Virus record (IMG/VR): IMGVR_UViG_3300045988_011313
Location: 33,768 to 97,767 of that record
Direction: 5' to 3' (one strand)
From: a virus
Length of the DNA stretch: 64,000 bases
Shown piece by piece: positions 62,101 through 64,000 of the stretch. The position numbers and the translations under genes are program-made. The notes below the pieces were generated by a model, which saw nothing but the letters and a program-made list of their open reading frames with translations, made no database searches and was not told the origin of the DNA. The number at the start of each line of letters is the position of its first letter. Position 1 is the first letter of the stretch.

Positions 62101-64000
62101 AGACCATCTACAAACTTAGGACTAGTTGCTAATGTATGAGCAAGTACCTTATCATCCTGACCTCTAACCATATTAAGAGTGTTGATAGCACCTTCAATGG
62201 CTCTTACATTCTTATCTGCTTGCTTATATCTATCAGTTAAATCAGTATGAGATTGACCTTCAAAATCTCTAACTTGTTGATTGAATCTAAGGAATGAGTC
62301 TAAGTTACCTATTACATTACCAATAGCTGACTTTACCTCTCCAGACATAGCTGTTGCCCTTTCAGCCCAGTTGCCTATCTGAGACTTCATCCATGTCAAT
62401 TCTTCAAGCTGGTCATCTGATAATTGCTGACCTGTCTTAATATCAAGCTCATCTTTTATCTTCAGATAATTGTTGATAGTATTGGTCATTTCATCATGGT
62501 TCTGCTGCAACTTCTCTATCATTTCCTGCTTGCCCTCTGGGGTAGCATACATAGGATTGCCATTCTTATCAACAAATGGACCTACCTTAGAGCCATCTTC
62601 AAGAGTAGTTGTAGTATTCTCCACAATAGAGGCAAGGTTCTCATCTGATGTGTCAAATGCTGCATCAATCAAGGTAGTAAGGTCTTCCATCTTGCCTGCA
62701 TTATCAAACATGGCAATATCAGATACTAATTGAGCATGTTCTGCATTCTTAAAGTTGAACTCATCACCTTCCTCAGCAGCCCTGTTCATATCATTCTGAT
62801 ACTTATTATGCCTGATAAGACCTTGATAGTAGTTCTTAAATTCAGGAGAGTTTATCCTACTATTCATGTAGTTAGCAATCTCATTTTCCCTTGCTATCTT
62901 CTCATTATAGTCTCTCCACTCATTTATGGCACCACCTTCAATAGTAATAGGAGATTGTAGTGAACCTGACTCACTTCTAACCCCTCTAAATCTTGGCATA
63001 CCTAATGCACCTGTCAAAGAACCAATAAAGAACTCTTCCCATGCAGAGCCATCATTTACTGTCTCATTAATTCCCTCAGCAAATGATTTAGTCCAACTCA
63101 AAGTCTCTTGTGCAGCCTCTGGGTCAGTCTTTGACTTGTAGAAGTTATTTACATCAGTAGAGTAATAATTACCTGATATTCTACTAGCCATACCTTGAGT
63201 GATTTCCTCAGTACCTTCAGATAATGCACCCTTTGTTATTGCGGTAGCAGCACCTAATCTTGTAGTACCAGCAGTATATTCCCCTGCCTTACCTACTATA
63301 TTAGTAGCCCTTCTTGCAGTCTTAAATCCATTAGCATACATCTTTCCAAACTGGATTATATTAGATGCAGTAAGGATAGGTATATTCATAAGCAAGTCTG
63401 CATTACCCATCTTCAATCTATCCTCACTTAATCTACCTAATGCTTGATTATAGGATTCTTGTTCTGCTCTTATTAATTGGTCATATACCTCAGTACCTTC
63501 ATAGGCATTCTTTATATACTGTAATCTCTGATGATATTCATCATCTAATTGTGTTTTATGCAGTTCAAACCAGTCTTTACTATTATTAAGTGCTTCAATT
63601 CTACCCTCATTCACTGCTGAAGTAACAGCTCCTACTGCTGAAGTAACTATTGCTGGAGCCTTTGAAGATTTAGCAATAGCACCAATAAGTTGAGGTAACT
63701 TAGTTGCTTTCAATCCAGCAGCAGTAACACCACCACTATAGAAAGCACCTACTGTGAAACCTAAGTTCTTGATAAACTTATCACCTAAGAAGTTAGCAGT
63801 GAAGATATTTTCATACCAAGGCTGCTCTTGTTCTGCCCTTGTATAATAGTTAGGCAATGCTTGCTCAGACCAATCATTAACAGACTGCATAGCCTTAGAG
63901 AAGTCATTATCCCATAATCCTGCTACTGCTCCACTTTTAGTGTAATCATCATCAAATCCTCTTCTTATAGCTTCTCCAGCACCAAATAGTAATCCTAAAG
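56175..64000 (-). CDS. giant polyvalent protein (more than 2600 aa; N-terminus beyond the right edge): HExxH metallopeptidase, PD-(D/E)XK-like nuclease motif, ART-like C-terminal domain
   Basis: The frame stays open upstream of the first Met (63890) to position 64000. YHEAFHAV lies at about 57281-57298. EVDILSIDKDGNFRIYDVKTS lies at about 58410-58480. FKDWFGDW...VVDENGEPLVVYHGS...GFYFT... lies at about 56360-56834 and resembles the ART-type domain of polyvalent phage/ICE proteins. Confidence 0.75.
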   Translation of the reverse strand, partial: LGLLFGAGEAIRRGFDDDYTKSGAVAGLWDNDFSKAMQSVNDWSEQALPNYYTRAEQEQPWYENIFTANFLGDKFIKNLGFTVGAFYSGGVTAAGLKATKLPQLIGAIAKSSKAPAIVTSAVGAVTSAVNEGRIEALNNSKDWFELHKTQLDDEYHQRLQYIKNAYEGTEVYDQLIRAEQESYNQALGRLSEDRLKMGNADLLMNIPILTASNIIQFGKMYANGFKTARRATNIVGKAGEYTAGTTRLGAATAITKGALSEGTEEITQGMASRISGNYYSTDVNNFYKSKTDPEAAQETLSWTKSFAEGINETVNDGSAWEEFFIGSLTGALGMPRFRGVRSESGSLQSPITIEGGAINEWRDYNEKIARENEIANYMNSRINSPEFKNYYQGLIRHNKYQNDMNRAAEEGDEFNFKNAEHAQLVSDIAMFDNAGKMEDLTTLIDAAFDTSDENLASIVENTTTTLEDGSKVGPFVDKNGNPMYATPEGKQEMIEKLQQNHDEMTNTINNYLKIKDELDIKTGQQLSDDQLEELTWMKSQIGNWAERATAMSGEVKSAIGNVIGNLDSFLRFNQQVRDFEGQSHTDLTDRYKQADKNVRAIEGAINTLNMVRGQDDKVLAHTLATSPKFVDGLIKEINEVDETVLSADEKADITTKLNDIVKLGNASKTYNAKLKEYLKNPQKQAEDHARADEQAAQQEAKKKSDDLKASLNAAQNLQEFRSTIDAQDDTENRDRVLKELEDGGSEMAKNYRETSQYNNEVKRVLNESDAEPQVKQDAMKLLQDQFSNSEKLEQLANPNSIYINNENAFDEDSEGDVELSATRFQEAQYELQKAMSQVNNDNRFKDRFSPEYKKPVEKREGTVRGDDRTTTGDSGTSTTPTVTSSEGLPTTELPVGNITAEMVNEENKKANERVETPQRPSRDTSNQFYRPAIPELHIEASKEGDFRPFDIVVGEREKGVDFSGIYGYLRDSGAFRYLNEGNLKAGDELGFMIDPSFNDHTIFIIDKRNGQVVGSLDESDYSVSRYEGLKGLEEKIRKEYAERGSQSSKPSGNESQAEDRFNFNIKRGTREANYNVTPHKKIDNNGNTVITYSAKLTYVKGAPKGHQEGEIRTLEDGKAFIELDFDDIDFAEYAAGTRRQDGTVVTKNNATKEEIEEGKETIIALLTNQFTNRPNTDIRKIIITKDGRVFVDFSINKDLRVPLKKEAVDKYVTKSISTKGKFIATPVTKVSKVMVGRIPYGNTERSLSEIPNVSSTDRKPIFGIIKNGVLTTNSKIDDSLIIKPVDMSQKEGRLYLLIPNGAGKYSPAAVRVKHFNNEEFNLNDSSVSSTPVGEDIKNAITKLSTATSQDDVSAAMQDLAQDLYMQDIMVTWFSSKAGDGIVISKKVRKPDGTYEKVTIDGKEQIKEDKYDVYFSTSSKSAEIGGINFDATALEDLGDTSALGTPKNPEDIYNEILGHLVKFNLPLQVSTRRINEGAYNNRLINSNILTSNITEASVRSTWFTTDYFDNEGNLHQAISPASVAPQPKRKIETPVGGTEGAIKGIYMQPAGFTYPVYVDLSTHTIRDNQGKTVIINEYSTKLLFDLAWAQDNFGDATASSMMVDNKVLTPDGKVLDRSKQVYLSGQDAQDVKDAIAGRKKEKEDRVAKSKEVISEIYENQKRVDKTKTDGEFYYVLEDDGEYHQYSRVHSRLGSNWVESDKQTKALELARLNLSKFVDNPTQYENYLKYLENKFKVDLTAYRGKTDAKSRDTIVNIVRDKMSGTNSQRALDAGSAVDSIIRQYFTIRDVSKIVRPSNMSENAFIDLITTLNRIKSNMEQMGERFLADNIVLFQKYSDGTRVAGEVDILSIDKDGNFRIYDVKTSRYSFYDFTDIYGHKVNYFTTPSATQRMSAKDYYTLQLSAYKNLFESQYGVPVTKLAVMPFVLSYNKEKVSAVQSEKGIPITYNPAVNVPLASAVKVNKSTETPATPAQAQTVLPIFETSLETQNPIEDLTPEHSMNNADEGVGYFELDGKLHKGYLTPIAGITEVDVHITKVPNITKGFGRQGEAAHVASNNYYAVFPNGKTFLLIRNNPVQGGMSESQVEDSIRKTLLGNPQRMRDLASEKTILFDPDAVPTVSATPITTVETPATINQGNTQTGAAYTAQKEQAINDSDEEFEDVLTLRKAKDTTETPVWNQEKELKWLNKVLPQLSEQDRVKIVKGLIKVGKRGTLAWGQFDKGVITLSNIAAEGTAYHEAFHAVFNLLLDNDERQALYDEARKLYGEKDNLSLEEDMAEGFREYVTTRQNAGLLGKIKNFFKDLWIKVTNWNSVRPHLTAYYQMINRGEYSNRELPVETLSQAKARQEEYFKEMQDILANAKRDSEGNLLAPNGKKSNLTERQYAQVRTKAFKDWFGDWENNPNEASKVVDENGEPLVVYHGSAKQFNAFKLGKIGSMSGDKSGFYFTNKRKIAKDYYSKETGSALGNLKLLFHIGNEYKSSVYDVFLNSKNPYIIKVSDKEYITREQIIKEAKEQGYDSVLFNNVIDGPTVRQDVRIVFNPNQIKSAIDNVGIFSRTNDDIRYREVPNSSFESLDTGMQENLLKKGWTEEKFDSISQEERNQAVKCIAF

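Overview
This window looks like a segment of a crAss-like (Crassvirales-type) dsDNA phage that infects a Bacteroidota host. The DNA is AT-rich, CpG-poor and densely packed. All calls were made by eye from the sequence and the ORF track, without searches. RNA coordinates are good to about +/-2 nt, and protein functions rest on short motifs.

Layout:
- 1-8213, minus strand: small structural or DNA-binding-type genes (GroES-like, HU/IHF-like, Zn-ribbon). These are followed by a large tRNA array of about 28 genes in two blocks (3037-3439 and 4749-7597). The array is interrupted by an HNH endonuclease, a Dps/ferritin-like gene and small membrane ORFs.
- 8214-8719: divergent control region.
- 8720-18759, plus strand: many small accessory or early-type ORFs, a roughly 700-nt non-coding stretch containing a tRNA-like element, a CpG-rich foreign-looking islet (about 12.2-14.1 kb), two tRNA-Arg genes and a phage-encoded tmRNA (14586-14968). 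Further on come a type I phosphoribosyltransferase-like gene and a lysis-like cassette (small membrane proteins, an SPFH/Band-7 lipoprotein and a membrane-anchored glucosaminidase).
- 18737-44454, plus strand: replication and nucleotide-metabolism module. It holds an SF2 helicase, a DnaB-like helicase, a Sak4-like ATPase, a Toprim primase, UDG, a T7-endonuclease-I-like resolvase, a RecB-family nuclease, NrdD/NrdG, dUTPase, family A DNA polymerase, a HAD phosphatase plus a T4-Pnk-like kinase, a HicA-like protein, thioredoxin and ThyX.
- 44566-55974, plus strand: a giant virion-RNA-polymerase-like protein (2449 aa, DFDVD motif) and a 1351-aa partner.
- 56175 to beyond 64000, minus strand: a convergent giant polyvalent protein (more than 2600 aa) with an HExxH metallopeptidase, a PD-(D/E)XK-like nuclease motif and an ART-like C-terminal domain.

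Most interesting observations:
- A ubiquitin-like-conjugation-type cassette sits inside the replication module at 25372-30227. It comprises a beta-grasp-like protein, a JAB/JAMM peptidase, an E1-like ThiF protein and two proteins of unknown function.
- The phage carries its own tmRNA with a non-canonical tag, GNTSYRVAA.
- Two paralogous tRNA-like genes carry isoleucine anticodons but have a rearranged D and anticodon region.
- A DUF3310-like gene is broken by an in-frame TAG and a frameshift in a T6 run.
- Four copies of a Bacteroidota-type promoter (TTG-N20-TAnnTTTGCA) were found.
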